DNA from: Eutreptiella sp. 'Long Island Sound 2002'
Taxonomy: Eukaryota; Protista; Euglenida
Direction of reading: 5' to 3'
Length of the DNA stretch: 64,000 nt
NCBI GenBank assembly: GCA_964036045.1
Contig: OZ038378.1
Coordinates: 179,986,001 to 180,050,000 of the forward strand
Positions 34,581 to 47,359 of the stretch are shown one piece after another (the first letter of the stretch is position 1; each line of letters opens with the position of its first letter). The position numbers were made by a program, and so were the translations under genes. The notes under the pieces are model-generated. The model ran no database searches. It was not told where the DNA came from and was given only the letters and a program-made list of their open reading frames with translations.

Positions 34581-37500
34581 GTATCAACGGCCCCTGCACC
34601 GACGACCGCGTCACGCACACCCCAAGTAGTGCCCGCAGGGTCACGAGCTTGATTCTGCACGCTCCTCCCCGCAGACGGTGCGGCGCCGTAGGCCCGGCGT
34701 TCTGTGGCATGACCAGTGAACTTGTGCCGTTTGACTGGGCCACCAACGGTACCCCACGGGGCTCTGGGTGCACGACCGATGTGCTATCGCCCACGAGTCC
34801 CCGAGGGTTGTCGAGGGTCAGCCAGAAATCGCGATTTTGGAACGAACCCATGCAGGCCTGCCAACGTCGCCTCACCGCGGGGGCCCCAGAGGGGGGCCGA
34901 TTTGGGAAACATGGAGATAGTACCTGGGACCACCGCCGTTGGTTAGGGGGTCCGTATAGAAGACAAAGTTGAAATGGGACCTAGTTCACAATCGACGCAC
35001 AGTCCCGGGTCACCCCCTCCCCCCGCCCCGCGCTCCGTCCTGCGATTCTGCACCGCCCAATGAATCGATTCCTGTCAGCGCCGGATGGACGCCTTCGTTC
35101 CACAGGGTCCGCCTGCTCGAGGCGCCCGGCACACTGTCCTGCGGCCTGGCTCATGCAGTCTGACCTGAGCCGAGCACTGCATTTGTACTTGTGCGGGGCT
35201 ATACACCGGCTTCCTTTTCTTGCCCGTGCAGCCCCCCCTCCCGTCCCCCCCGCCCCACGCTCAGGAACACAGAAGCAGCAGCCCTCATACAGTGCCTTCA
35301 ACACTCCACATTCACCCAACGGCACTACTCAACCCTCGGACCATACACATTTCCGGCACCTCCACAGGCCAGACCTACAACTTCTGGTGGAACAACTGCG
35401 CTTGCTCCTGCAAGTATCCATTTTAGGGGGGAGGTCGGGGAGAGAGCCCCCGGGTCCACAATCCTACAATGAAACAAGGGGCTCAATTGAGGCCTTCTTA
35501 GAACTACCACTCCGGGATGGCCAAGAGTGACTCTAACCTCAAAGTTTAGGAAACGCGAAAAAGGCAATTTAGAAAGAAGCTTGTGGATTGTGGCTACAAA
35601 TATCCTGCACTATCCGGGCCACGTCCCAGCAAAACAGCACGATCATGGATGTCACCCCCGCCCTGTCCCCTGCCGCCCCATCCTCTGGGGGTGCACCTGT
35701 GAGTCTTCGACTGTGAAATCTGGACAGTGCGTTGTCCCTTGGGGCTGTGATTTGTGTGCGGCGTGGGGCCGTGTGTCACCTAAATCGGCATTGTACCGTA
35801 CGTTTAGCCCAGCCCACGGCTCAGCGTTTTACCTAAAACCGGAGGGGGGGGGGGGTTAAAGCAGGGATACAGTAGAAGGGAAGGGACCTCGCAGGCGGCC
35901 CCTGAAGCGGTTAGGCAGGCGGCGGTTGGAGGAGGTTGCCGAAGCGGTGGGGCGGTTACTGTCGGTTACAAATGCCATTGAAACTGGCGTTTGCTGTCAG
36001 GGAGACAGTGGCTGGGCATAGGCTGGGCGCCCTGGAGGGGGTGGGGGGGGGTCCCCTCCAGACGGAATGTCACACAGGGTGTCCCCTCCCCCCCTCCCAA
36101 TGCATCCCGGGGTCAGAGGCAAAAAAAATTGGTGTATCTAAAATCGACCTCCAATTTCGGGCCCCTTCGATAACTTTTATTTTTTTCCGAAGGAAAATTT
36201 TTTTGATGTGGGTGGGTGGGTGAGCCAGGCTGGGGAGCTCAGGCTGCCATTCCGCCCCCCGGTAACGCTAAGCCGTGGCCTGGTTTGGGCATACAGTAGT
36301 GTACACACGCTTGACACCGCCCAGGACGGCATGAGGACTTGGGAGCACGTACCTCCGCTGTCCGCTTTGTGTGCATCACCTGCGGTGCTGTTGAATGGTG
36401 CAGGTCGGGCATGTGATGCACATGTAGACGGCCTCTCGTGCTGGGGTTGGGGTTGGGCACTACATTTGTTGTGCCCTTCAGCCCCTGCCTCCGTCTGCGA
36501 CGAACGGCAACGCAATGTGTCGTCCCCGGGCCCCATTCTGCACCACCGTCGCATACCGCCCAGGGCTCGGGGGGCTATGCTGCGCCGCAATGCTCGCGCG
36601 GTACGGCCGCAAGGTCGCCATCTTCGAGGCCCACTACGCGGCCGGGGGCGTGGCCCACACATTCAAGCGCGACGGGTACACGTTCGACAGCGGCCCCAGT
36701 TTCCACGCGGGCCTGAGCCAAAGGCCCAGCCTGAACCCCCTGAAGCACGTGCTGGACGCCATTGACGAGGAGGTGTGCCAGGGCAGTGCCCGCTATGAGT
36801 CAACGGGGGCGCGTGGACTGGGCTTCCGTGCAGTGCAACGGGTTTGGGGCGGGGGGGCCTGGGCAGAGGGCGGGAGGGGAAGGGGGGGGGCTGGGGTCGG
36901 GCGAATGGGGCAGGAGAGGGGGTGTGTCACCACCAAGACCCATACACCCGACCATTGTACCTCCCAGAACACTCACAAATGCTTACTTTTGTTCGCTGAA
37001 AGCATTTGCGATCTTTTTGGGAGTGGGGGATGGAGAGCGCAAATTCTGGGTCAGCTTTAGTCCTTCCGCCCCATTGCATCACTGCCCCGGTTACGTCCAG
37101 TCCCCTGCCAGCAGCACGGAGGACGTGGATTGGGCCTGGCACGATCCTCAACGGAAGAATCACATTTCGTGAGTCTGGATGCACCATCCCTTGCGTATCC
37201 AAAAGTCCTTTGTGACAAGGTCGGGGGTAATGCGATTGCGCATCGGACATTTAACATGGGCCACAACCCGAACCAGGTTTGCCCGTGTGCTTCTCGCTGG
37301 CTTCAGGTGGAGTGCGTGCAGTACGACTTCTGGAACTGCTATTTCCCCGAGGGCCTGTTCGTGGCTCACAAGGAGGCGGACAAGTACAAGGAGGAGATCA
37401 AGCGGTTCTCCCCCAAGGCCTACGAAGAGTTTTGCAAAGTTGAGGACGAGCTCCGGCCGCTCTTCGAGGCCGCCGTGGGTCTACCGACGCCGGCGCTGCG

Positions 37501-40500
37501 ATGGGACCCATGGGTCGTGCCGGCAGTGGCCAGCCAGGCGGACCCCCTGGCGCTGCTGAAGTCAGGGCTGGTGTGTGTACCTCTTTACACGGTGACGTTT
37601 AGCCTCTTGTGCCTCGCCTTCACCACCTCCAAGGAACCAGCGCGTGGCGATCTTCTGGGGCGGAACTGCGCATCAGCTGCCATCCTGCACCCGTTTGCCG
37701 TATCAGAGCCAGTGTGCAGATGAGATCATATACAGACTTGGCACTAGCCTCCGCCAGCACAGCCGTGATCGTGTGGAGCTGAGTGGTACTGAGTGAGACC
37801 CCCAACGCCTGAAGCGCATCCCTGGCCTTAGGCCTCCCATTGGAATGTGGCCGTTCTGGAATGAGCATCCATCGGCAACCCTCTACAGGCTAACGTGAGA
37901 ACGGCCGACCACCAAAGGACCCTCCCCACCAGAACAAAGTGACCATCGTGGGAAAAAGCGAAATTTGGTACACAAATTTTTGGGTCCCAGCCCCCCCCCC
38001 CCCTCTCTTCTCATGTTAGCCTGACCCTCTATGCACCGGCGCCGATTTAACTACCGCAACGGCAGGGCACCAGAACCAGTATCAAAGCGTTGAGTGCTGG
38101 CCTCAAAGCGAGCCCTTTGCCCAAACGCGTCGCTGCTCCGGAGCCCGTCCGGGTTCACGCCGCTACCCCCGATGCCGAGCTGGAAGGTGTTAGACATGCT
38201 CTGACGCCCCCGCCTGACTACAACCCCATGTCACCCCCTCTGCCTCCGTCTCGGGGGTCCGCAGGTGGCCGGCAAGATCCAGGGGCCGTACAGCAACATC
38301 CTGGACAGGCACGTGACGGACAAGTTCCTCAAGGGGCTCCTGGATCTGGAGACCAACGTGTTGAGCGGGACGCTGCCGGCGCAGACCATCACGGCGGAGA
38401 TGGCGGTGATGCATTTCGAGAGGGACAAGGGCACCATTGACTACCCCGTCAACGGAGGAGGTTTGGGACTGTCGAGGGCAGGGGAGGCTTAAGCTCAAAA
38501 AGGGAGAGAGGTGCCCTCGCCCCTTTCGAAATCACACCTCATTCCGTGCCAATCGCTTTTGTCTACTCACGGCCCTCAAACCGCATGTGACCGCAGATGG
38601 GTGTCAAGCAACGAAGGAAGACGATGTGCCATTGGGTGCCACCTATTCTGGCTAGCTACCTTATTTAAATTATGACGTTTAGATGAAAAACACTCCCCAA
38701 TGAACAAAGATGGACAATCTTTCAGAAAAAAACTTTTTTGAAAAAATAAACAGACTGACCAAAACCAGGAAAATAAGAGAAACTTGCAAGAAATAGACCT
38801 TTTTAAACCAACCTGCCAGACCCTCCCCTCAACCCCTTCCAACCACCATGACCCCCTGTGCAACCCCCCTTTTGAGCCCCCCCCCCCCCTGCCCAGAGGA
38901 GGGGTCGGCGAGCGGTGTCGCCCTCAGGGTCTCGTGCCAGGTGACGAAGGCGCAGTGGGCTCACCAGGGGGCTCCGCTCCCTGGAGTGCTCTTGGAAGTG
39001 CTCAGCACCATCCCGCACCTTCCATCCACCAGGACGCCTCCAGTGGGTCGAGCACTCTGTGCAGCGCCGCCTGTGCCCAGAGTTTTGCTTAATGACTCAG
39101 CATCTCCTTTTTTGGGGGGGGGTCTGGCAACCCCCCCTCTTCGGATCCGGATTTCACAGTGGGACAAAATGAAATTTACAAAAGAAATATTGATTTGGGC
39201 TATTTTTGGTTCACGACCTTTTGGACTTTTGGGTTCCAGAGCCCCACCTCCCCCCGCACCAACCGCCCGCTTAAGCGAAACTCTGCCTTTGCCCCTCCAG
39301 GACAGTCAAGGAGCGCCACAGATCACACGTCCTGGCTAGGCTCAGTTGTGCGCCAGAGGCAGCTGCAGGTCACCCCACCCACAGACTCCCCGGGCGGCCT
39401 CAGTTTAGGGCTCCCCCTGCCCCACCGCTGGGGCCGAGCACTGGGCACACACAACCCTCACGCGGTGGCACACGCAGAACAGCACCTGCCACAACAGACG
39501 CCAGGCCAGGCACCTCCTGGAGGTGAGATGCGGTGCCCATCCCCCCCCCGCCCGACCAACCTGGCCTACGGTGAGGGCGTTTGCTGTCCTCTGTGTGGAC
39601 CCGACACAGAGCAGTGAAACAGGGAAAGTCCGGGGGCTCCGTTGGCACAACCACAGGCCAAGGAGGGAGAGGAAGGACACAGGGTGGTGCGAGGCCGTTG
39701 GGCACCACCACCTATGGAGGGAAAGGGCCCAAGGGAAAGGCAGTAGTTGGCGATCGGCCAATTACTGGCGCCGCCAGCTGCAGACCAAAACACACCAGGG
39801 TGTCACACCAAACCCCCTCGGACGCGCGGCGGCAACGCACACAGGCACGGCGGTATCTCCCTCCCACCAGCGCCTCGTTGGGGTTCAGGGATTGTCAACA
39901 GCCTGGGCGGCTGTGAGACCAGACAACCGGCACTATTGGTTGACAAGCGGCCGTTGAGAGGTGCGCGTGGTGTGTTCTGGGCCTAGCACTGTGCGTAATC
40001 ATTGTTCATCACGAACAAGGCTCACACAGACAGTGCGTCACATCCAAAGTTGTGAAAAGCAGCCCAATCTTTTGAGAGCACATGCTCTATTCATTCCCTC
40101 GAGGGTCGAAAAATGGCTGTTTTGGCCATTTTTTTGAAATCACCTGAACTTGCTTGTTGCCGGCTGCTGCTCCTGCTTGCTGGTGCTCTCCTTGCTGCCG
40201 CCAAAGAGGCGGCAGCTCTGACAGTGGTTGTAAACCCTTGTTCATAGCACCAGCTCGGTGACCTGCATCTGACCCATGCTTGCCTGCTGCCGACTGGAAC
40301 GGTATTTTGCGCAGTGCTTCGACACGGGCCAAGCCGAACTTCAGTGCCAGCGATGCTGCAGTGCGCTGCAGCATCGCTTTGGGTGTCAGAACTGATTCAA
40401 CGCCCACAGGACATGCTTTGCAAAGACTGCACGCCCCTGGGCCCGACCGCATGCCCTTTGTAGACCATGGCCCGCTGAGCGAGCACAAGACGCGCGAGCC

Positions 40501-43500
40501 GTGCACTACACATGCCCTTCTCAGTTTTTCTCAATTTTCGGGGTGACGGGGCCCCGGGTCCCGGCAGGGGGAAGCGGCTCCACGAGGGGGCCCTGCCCCC
40601 CCTCTTTTTTTTTTTTGTAAAGGACAGCCCTAAAGGACAGCCCCCGAGGACCACCAACCGCCAACTACCGACAACCACCAACTGCCAACCACCAACTGCC
40701 AACCACCGCCAACCGCCAATCATTGTTCAATACTGTTTCTGTAGTTTTGTGTCCTGCCCATGTCTTGAAGCAGAGAGTGTCCCCGTGAACGTTCGCTTCT
40801 GTTGGTCTTCCCCCTGTTTTTTCCCCCAGAAGGACAGCCCTGGAACTTCGGGAGCCCCAGGCACAAGACGTCCACGTCTGACGCCCCCCCCGCTGTGCTG
40901 TGCTGGACCGGCCGGCCACATTGTGTTCAGGGGCCATTGTGGATGCGCTTGTGCGGGGCCTCCGCAAATTGGGAGGGAAGATGTACCTGCGGCAGCACGT
41001 GGACCAGGTGGTGATCGAGGACGGGCGGGCCGTGGGGGTCAAGCTTGGTAAGAGTGGGCGGGTGGTGCGCGCCAAGAACGTCATCAGCAATGCCACCGTT
41101 TGGGACACTTTCGGGAAGTTGGTGGCGCCGGAGGCCGTCCCCAGCGACTTCCGGAAGGCCAAAGTGGAGGCCCCGATGACGGAGAGCTTCATGCACCTTC
41201 ACCTGGGCATTGATGCCACTGGCCTTCCGGACGACCTGCCGATGCATCACTTGTCCATCGAGGTCTGCAACACCGCAACCCACTGTATGAAGGATGTATG
41301 TAGGATTAGAATGGCCGTACACCGTAGGAGGAAGGGAGGTACCCTGGACCCCCCTCCCCCTCCACCACCGCCAACCACCAAGGCCTTGTGCCAACCCCCC
41401 CACCCCCCCTCCAGACCAAAGGGACCATCATGGGAAAAAAGGAAATTCACCGTTGGAAACATCTGGTCGGGCCAGTTTTTGATACAAATTTTGGGGTCCC
41501 AGACCCCCCCCCCCCTCTCTTCCAGGAAGATTAGCCCCAAGCCCAAAGCCCCTCCTCTCTTCTAATACATCCCTGGGCGTGTCGCAGTGTATAGGGGTCC
41601 GCAGGGCTGCGTCTCTAAGGCGCCGGCCCCCCGTAGGACTTGATGCGTCTCGTATACTGACAACAGGCACATAGGCCACGACTGGCAAACACAAACATTG
41701 CACACCCAATTCGACACTTCTGGCCCAAAACAAACCACCACAGGCACCGGATGCCCCGGCGCTGGGTCTGGGTCGTCTCCCCTCCCGCAGACGCGTGGGG
41801 ATCCGGATAATTTTTACCAACAGAAGGTGCTGCGTCAAAGTGCTGAGTCTTTACTGGAGGACTCAGTTATGAGCTCCTGCCCAAAAACTGCCCGGGGCTG
41901 AGTGCACCACTCACCTCTGCATGGCCGGGATAGAAAATATGGATATTGGTGTCAATTTGGCCCCCTTCCCCCCCCTCTTGTGTATTTTCATGGAGTAATG
42001 CAGTCGTTTGGGTTACAAGTAAAGTTTTTGTGCTGTGCCTTACCTCACAGTGCTTTTCGATGTCTGGGTTGACACCCCCCCCTCTCCCTTCCAAACCCTT
42101 CCTTGATCGCCGGGTGAGGCCGCCCGCCCTCCCACATGCGGACAGGGTGTCATCTCTCGCAATTTTTGAACCCGCTGCCTTCACCCCCTGCCCAACGGGT
42201 GGACAGCCCACCCACCTATGCATGTGTGGAGGACTCCCTTCTCAAAAGGTGACAAAGTATGTACACCCGGAAGTACCAACCGGCATACTCACTCAGCTTT
42301 TGTGGCCCCCCGCCTCCCCCCCTGTGCCGCTCTTTGCCTTCAGAACGCGTCGGCTTTCAGCCTGAATGAGAGTGCGTGGTCGGGTGTCAGCCTCCGTTTT
42401 TTCCTCTCAGAGCTGGGAGCGCGGCGTCACAGCGCCACAGAATTTGGTCATCATGTCCATCCCGAGTGTTGTGGATAAGTATGTGAATGCGGTAGGGCTG
42501 TGGCTGGTAGGCCCAGATGTGCATTGCAAGTGCCACAACAAAAGTCAATCGCACCATCAATCGAATTTTTTGCAATGTCGAGTCCCACTGCCCACTGCTC
42601 CCCGGCAGTGTGGCAGTACGCAGAAGGAGTCCCACTGCCTACCCCAGCAGTGAGGCAGTGAACAGAAGGAGTTCCACTGCCCACTACCCCAGGGCAGGCA
42701 GTGTACTGAAGGACTGCCCGCCGGCAGTGAGGCAGTGTACAGAAGTAGTTCCATTGCCCGCTGCCCAAAAGCAGTGAGGCGGTACATAAAACGAGTTCCA
42801 CTGCCCACTGCGCACAGGCAGTGAGGCAGTGCATTCAAGGAGCTCCACTGCCCACTGCCCCTGGGCAGCCAGGCAGTGTTCTGAAGGAGTTCCACTGCCT
42901 GCACACAAATACATTGTTGAGCCTCAGCTCCCGTTGCCGTTGGCGTTGTGTTCACCACTCAGCAATCAGGCTGCTCACCTTTGTACTTTGCAGAAGAAGC
43001 AGAAACCCAAATTGCATGAGCACCGAGCTGTACTTGCAACAAAACACATCATGCACATCCTGACCTTTTCAGAACCCTGTAGCTCCAAATGGGGACGCAT
43101 CAAGTGCGTATCCCACGATTAGCTGCTGCCCATATCTTTTGTACTGCCCACACCACACTGTCGCAGGAAGATGGCTCCACCGGGCAAACATGCGGTGCAT
43201 GCCTATGTTGCTGCCAACGAGCCCTATGGACTTTGGGAGGGCATGGACCGCAGGAGCGAAGAGTACAAAGCCCTGAAAAAAGAGAGGGCAGAAGTTTTGT
43301 ACAGGGCTTTGGAGAACGTCATCCCGGACATTCGACAGAGGGTTGAATTGGAGTTGATTGGGACCCCTTTGACGCACGAGCGATTTACGCGAAGGTGTGC
43401 GGCTTTTGCACGCATTACAGAAACCATTCTCTTGCAGCACTGCCCTTGTACACACGATGCAGTCTTGTCGCAGACTAGACTGGCAGGAGCTCGCACTTCG

Positions 43501-44433
43501 TTCGGAGTGGGAGGTGAGGGAGCTACAGAGGATGCCGCAGGTGGCCGAGGATGAAAGGCGGGACGCAGAAGGGCAGAGGGATAGTTGCAGGAGAGGGTGG
43601 AGCTGCTTGGGGCGCAAGCCACGAACCTGAGCAGGCAAACGGGTGTCAGGGGTCAGCAGTCAAGCTTGGGCACATGCTGTTTGCGAATCGGCAACCTTCT
43701 CGCGAAATATGCTGAGCTGAAGCTGCGGGGTGCAGGGCTCCTGCATCCGCTCTCCGCTGTGGTCACAGTATGGCCTCTTGCACACAAGACTGCACGTTCC
43801 CCCTTCCCCAACAGAGCCGTGGGGGGCAGAATGCTGTGTGCAAGAGCAGTGGTGCACGAAACCTCTTCTCTGTTCCCCCTGCCCCTCCCCTGGTACGTCG
43901 CTAATCCAATGCACATGGCCGCTTGCGCTCCCGCCACCCCGTTGTCCTACAAGCCCCACAACGTGGCTACAATCTCTGCAGTAGCATTTGCCTGATTTTC
44001 AATCGGTCGTTGCAGAGATGCAGGGGTTCCCTGGTTAACATGGGAGACGTCGACACACGTGCCTGTCAACGAGAGCCCACAGCTTGGGCCACAGCTGCCC
44101 ACGACGGAGGGTGGGGGTGGGGGTGGGGGTGCTGTGGGAGGGAGAGGCATGCCACCTTCGGCCCTCAAGGGCGAAGTTCCTTGGATCTGTTTGGGCTGAG
44201 AAAAGATCAGTGCAGGGCTGCGGTGTAGCATACTGCCCTGCAACAGGTTGGCGACAGCTGTGGCCCGTCTGGGCCCCGGGAGGACGGAGAGGGTGGGTCG
44301 TTGAGGAAGGCGTGGAGAAAGAGCGGTGGTCATGGCAACCACCACTGTACAATTCCACCCGCCCCTAAAAGGATGGAGGCACAGGATACCTCATGTTGCC
44401 ACTGGCTCTGGCTGCCGAGCCACAGACATCTCT

Positions 44434-44485
<52 letters not shown>

Positions 44486-45947
44486 GTCTCTCTGTCTGTC
44501 TCTTGCTCTGCCAACGCTTGGTCACTCCTGCCCCTCACTGATTCCCTCTGCAACATGCACTGTACACACCTTGCACACACCATTCACCGTGGTCCGCAGC
44601 GTAGTTTCGTAGAAGTATGCAACCACAATTGGTCGCTTTCCGGGTACATCTGGGCAGTGCTAATTTCAATTGCAACACACTCGTTGGTCTAGCGAAGGTC
44701 TATCTTTGAACAGGAATGCAATATCCCCTGGGACTGGAAAACAGATCCGCAGCCATCGGAGAGATTAGGTTGTCTTCGATATGCACGTGCCATATATAAC
44801 CCACGTCTGGTCTCAATTTGGTGTGTTTGCAAAATGAGTGAGTGTGTACCTGGGAAAATCTGCAAAGGAAAGTACCATGAAGTTGTTTGGCCTCATTTGC
44901 ATGAATGTTGCTGGACCCCTGGGCGTGTTTATTTTGAGGTCCATTTTCAATTTGGAAGTAAGGAGGACATAGCTATGGGTGACATCTCTGTTTTATCGCC
45001 TCGGCTTGCCAAATGCTCTGTGGCAAGACCCGTGAAATCACTTTGGAATGATGGCCCATTAGCCCCACCCGTGTCCTCTGTCTTCAGGTATCAAGGAACA
45101 TATGGAGCCGCATATTCTGCAGCTGAGAGTGGATTTCCAGGGCCCAAGACACCCATTCCAGGTGTGCATGCGGCAAGTACATTCATGATGGCATAGGAGG
45201 GTCTTCAGTACACGCAGACTGTGAAGCAATGACGGCATTGAATGTTTGAACTGCACCATCTTCCAAAATTGATCTGCTCCAAATTGGCGTTTCTCAATCC
45301 CATTGATCACTAGTTCACCGGGGCAAAATCCACAAACGTGTACATGGGACGCTTTCAGAAATGTCTTGCAACACATTCAGGGTTGCTCAGGAGCAGGGCT
45401 CGTTTGCAAAGTTTGAGCGGACACAACAATGATGTGGCTGAGTTGCTTTGCTGGACGGAGCACTTGAAATTTTGACTGCTAAATCCTGCTTGCACAGAAC
45501 TATGAGAGTGGTGGGGTCTCGCGGTCGAATGGATGGGTCTTTTTTGGGTGTGTGGGCCTTGTTCAACCCCCTCCCGCCTCGGCTTTCTTATACATAGTGC
45601 TTCTGCGGCCAGGCGTAGAGATCAACGGTGCTGTGTTGTGGGTGCTACATGCATATTGTGAACTGCAGCAGACAGGAAAAGGTCTGTTGAGAGACTGCAG
45701 TATCCAACGTCGAATATACAGCGTGCGCTCAGTGGGCAGTGCGCTGTTGCAGATGTGCTGTGTGTGTCCTGAAATGCGCTGTATCCTCACCCCAGGTCTG
45801 TACCAAGTGGGGGATTCAACTGCTCCTGGCATCGGAGTGCCAGCCGTGGCTGCAAGTGGAATGATATGTGCCAATACAATCGTGCCATTTAGTGAGCACA
45901 GTGCACTTCTGCAGGATATGAGCAAGAAGAAGGTTTTCCCACAGTAA
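34223..45947 (+). CDS. CRTISO-like / phytoene-desaturase-family FAD oxidoreductase, plastid-targeted; 9 exons found, 5' exon(s) missing
   Basis: Exons 34223-34580, 36564-36772, 37307-37570, 38265-38460, 40931-41262, 42411-42478, 43167-43394, 45088-45161, 45796-45947. All 8 introns are GT-AG with matching phases. Motifs: DAVIIGSGLGGL, GYTFDSGPS, DYPVNGGGAIVDAL, SFMHLHLGI, GTPLTHERF, GDSTAPGIGVPAVAASG. Confidence 0.9.
35862..36110. mobile_element. Intronic hAT-like MITE
   Basis: Imperfect TIR CAGGGATACAGTAGAAGGG / CCCTCCCAATGCATCCCGG; degenerate 8-bp flanks GGTTAAAG / GGTCAGAG. Confidence 0.55.
36564..36772 (+). CDS. CRTISO-like exon (GLGGLCCAAML...DEE)
   Basis: CAG acceptor 36563; GTGTGC donor 36773. 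Confidence 0.9.
37307..37570 (+). CDS. CRTISO-like exon (VECVQYDFW...KSGL)
   Basis: CAG acceptor 37306; GTGTGT donor 37571. Confidence 0.85.
38265..38460 (+). CDS. CRTISO-like exon (VAGKIQGP...YPVNGG)
   Basis: CAG acceptor 38264; GTTTGG donor 38461. Confidence 0.85.
40620..40842 (+). repeat. Intronic repeat bounded by direct AAGGACAGCCCT, with a (CCAACC/G)n core
   Basis: Direct reading. Confidence 0.55.
40931..41262 (+). CDS. CRTISO-like exon (GAIVDAL...HHLSIE)
   Basis: CAG acceptor 40930; GTCTGC donor 41263. Confidence 0.9.
42411..42478 (+). CDS. CRTISO-like exon (SWERGVTAPQNLVIMSIPSVVD)
   Basis: CAG acceptor 42410; GTATGT donor 42479. Confidence 0.85.
42584..42900 (+). repeat. Degenerate ~45-bp minisatellite, each unit with CACTGCC...GGCAGTG inverted halves
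   Basis: About 7 units ending in A(A/C)G(G/T/A)AG(T/C). Confidence 0.8.
43167..43394 (+). CDS. CRTISO-like exon (KMAPPGKH...THERFTR)
   Basis: CAG acceptor 43166; GTGTGC donor 43395. Confidence 0.9.
44436..44503 (+). repeat. (CT)n microsatellite
   Basis: Direct reading. Confidence 0.95.
45088..45161 (+). CDS. CRTISO-like exon (YQGTYGAA...KTPIP)
   Basis: CAG acceptor 45087; GTGTGC donor 45162. Confidence 0.9.
45796..45947 (+). CDS. CRTISO-like last exon (GLYQVGDSTAPG...VFPQ*)
   Basis: CAG acceptor 45795; TAA 45945-45947. Confidence 0.9.
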
Positions 45948-47031
45948 ACCAGGAAGGGTTGAAACAACGACTGTCCTGTTCCGGAACATAGCTCCATATC
46001 ACCTTTCTTCTGCATGGCCACTGGTGTTATGAGCATTTTCGGTGATGAATTTTTTTGCGCCAATTCCATCCGCTTTACATGATTTATATTTCTGTACCAG
46101 AAGAAGTTGCCTAGCAGCCTCGCGTTTGTCAGCTGCAGATGGCCATGGTGCCGCCAAAGATGCAGCTGTGAGGTGTAGGATTCATTACTTCTTCGAATCG
46201 TTTCAGGTAAATTATATACTGCATATCTCCCAGGCATGGCAACCGCGCGATTGCAGCGGCGGGCGTTTGAACATTGGATGATTATATTACTTGGCAGCCA
46301 GTTTTGTGTGTGGGGCTGCACCGATTGTACATTGTTTGAAAGGCTGCACAGTGTGACAAAAGGCAGTTTGAGGCATCCAGCACTTTGCCTCTGTATGACA
46401 GTGAATTTTTCTACCTCGTGCAGTGCCCATGAAGCTCATCTATTTTGTTGTAGTATGTGGTTCTGCATGTCTGGTTTGTGTGATCATTATGATTTGCATG
46501 GTGGGTGTGATGCGTGTGGGTTGTGTTTTTTGTGTGTTTTATTGTTGTGTGCGTGTTGTTGTCGTTTGCATGGTGGTTATGGTTTCTGTTGTTTGTGTGG
46601 TGTGCATGGAGCTTGTGGTATGCCCTGTTGGTTTAGTATTTTGCACATGGCTTGTGGGGTGAAGTGTCACGCGAGGGTAAAAATGGATGTAATAAATTTT
46701 TTTTCAGTGTCACACGAGCCAATCGCATGACACTGAAAAAAAAGTAGACAAAAATGTATATTTTTTGCGTGTCAGCGAGAGGTTCTATTTTTTTTCAGTG
46801 CCACGCCAAGGTGCCCCCAAAAAACCAAATCAATCAATTTGGTTTCTACTCCATTTTTTGGTGGTCCCCAAAATGGCAAGGGTGATATAGCCACGTCTGA
46901 TTTCCTCCCCGCGTTCATCGTTGGGGACCCCCTAGGCGGCGGGAGCTATGTAGCCATGTTGCCCAGATTTGGGCCGTTTCTGATTTTTTCGTTTTTTGGA
47001 TTTGTCTAAATTTTTTTCAACTAGGATCGCA

Positions 47032-47277
47032 GCCCCTTGAGTTGGGGTGTTGGGCTCCCATGCTTTGGTGTGGCCCCTCAAGTTGAGGTGATGGGCTCCA
47101 AAGCTTTGGCGTGGCCCCTCGAGTTGAGTTGATGGACTGCCGCACTTCGGTGTAGGCCCTCGAGTTGAGGTGATGGACTCCCATGCTTTGGTGTGGCCCC
47201 TCGAGTTGGGGTGATGGACTGCCGCACTTCGGTGTGGCCCCTCGAGTTGGGGTGATGGACTGCCGCACTTCGGTGTG
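47032..47277 (+). repeat. Six-unit 41-bp tandem array with two alternating 3'-half alleles
   Basis: Units start at 47032, 47073, 47114, 47155, 47196 and 47237. Confidence 0.95.
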
Positions 47278-47359
47278 GCATGCTAAGTAGCCCCCTCCTC
47301 AAAGGATGGTGGGTAATTTTCCAATTTTCCAATGGGGATTCAATCCTAGAGGAGAGATT

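Larger units (their letters stand above)
37912..41530 (+). repeat. Three dispersed intronic copies of one short repeat (about 37912-38020, 39140-39250, 41405-41530)
   Basis: Shared GTGGGAAAAA..GAAATT...TTTTGGGTCCCAG-C-run pattern. Confidence 0.6.

Noticed and set aside
34581-45795. Non-canonical euglenid introns among the eight resolved CRTISO-like introns
   Set aside because: All eight can be spliced as GT-AG with correct phase.
47032-47277. CRISPR array
   Set aside because: No unique spacers: the variable part has only two recurring alleles, there are no cas genes, and the context is eukaryotic.
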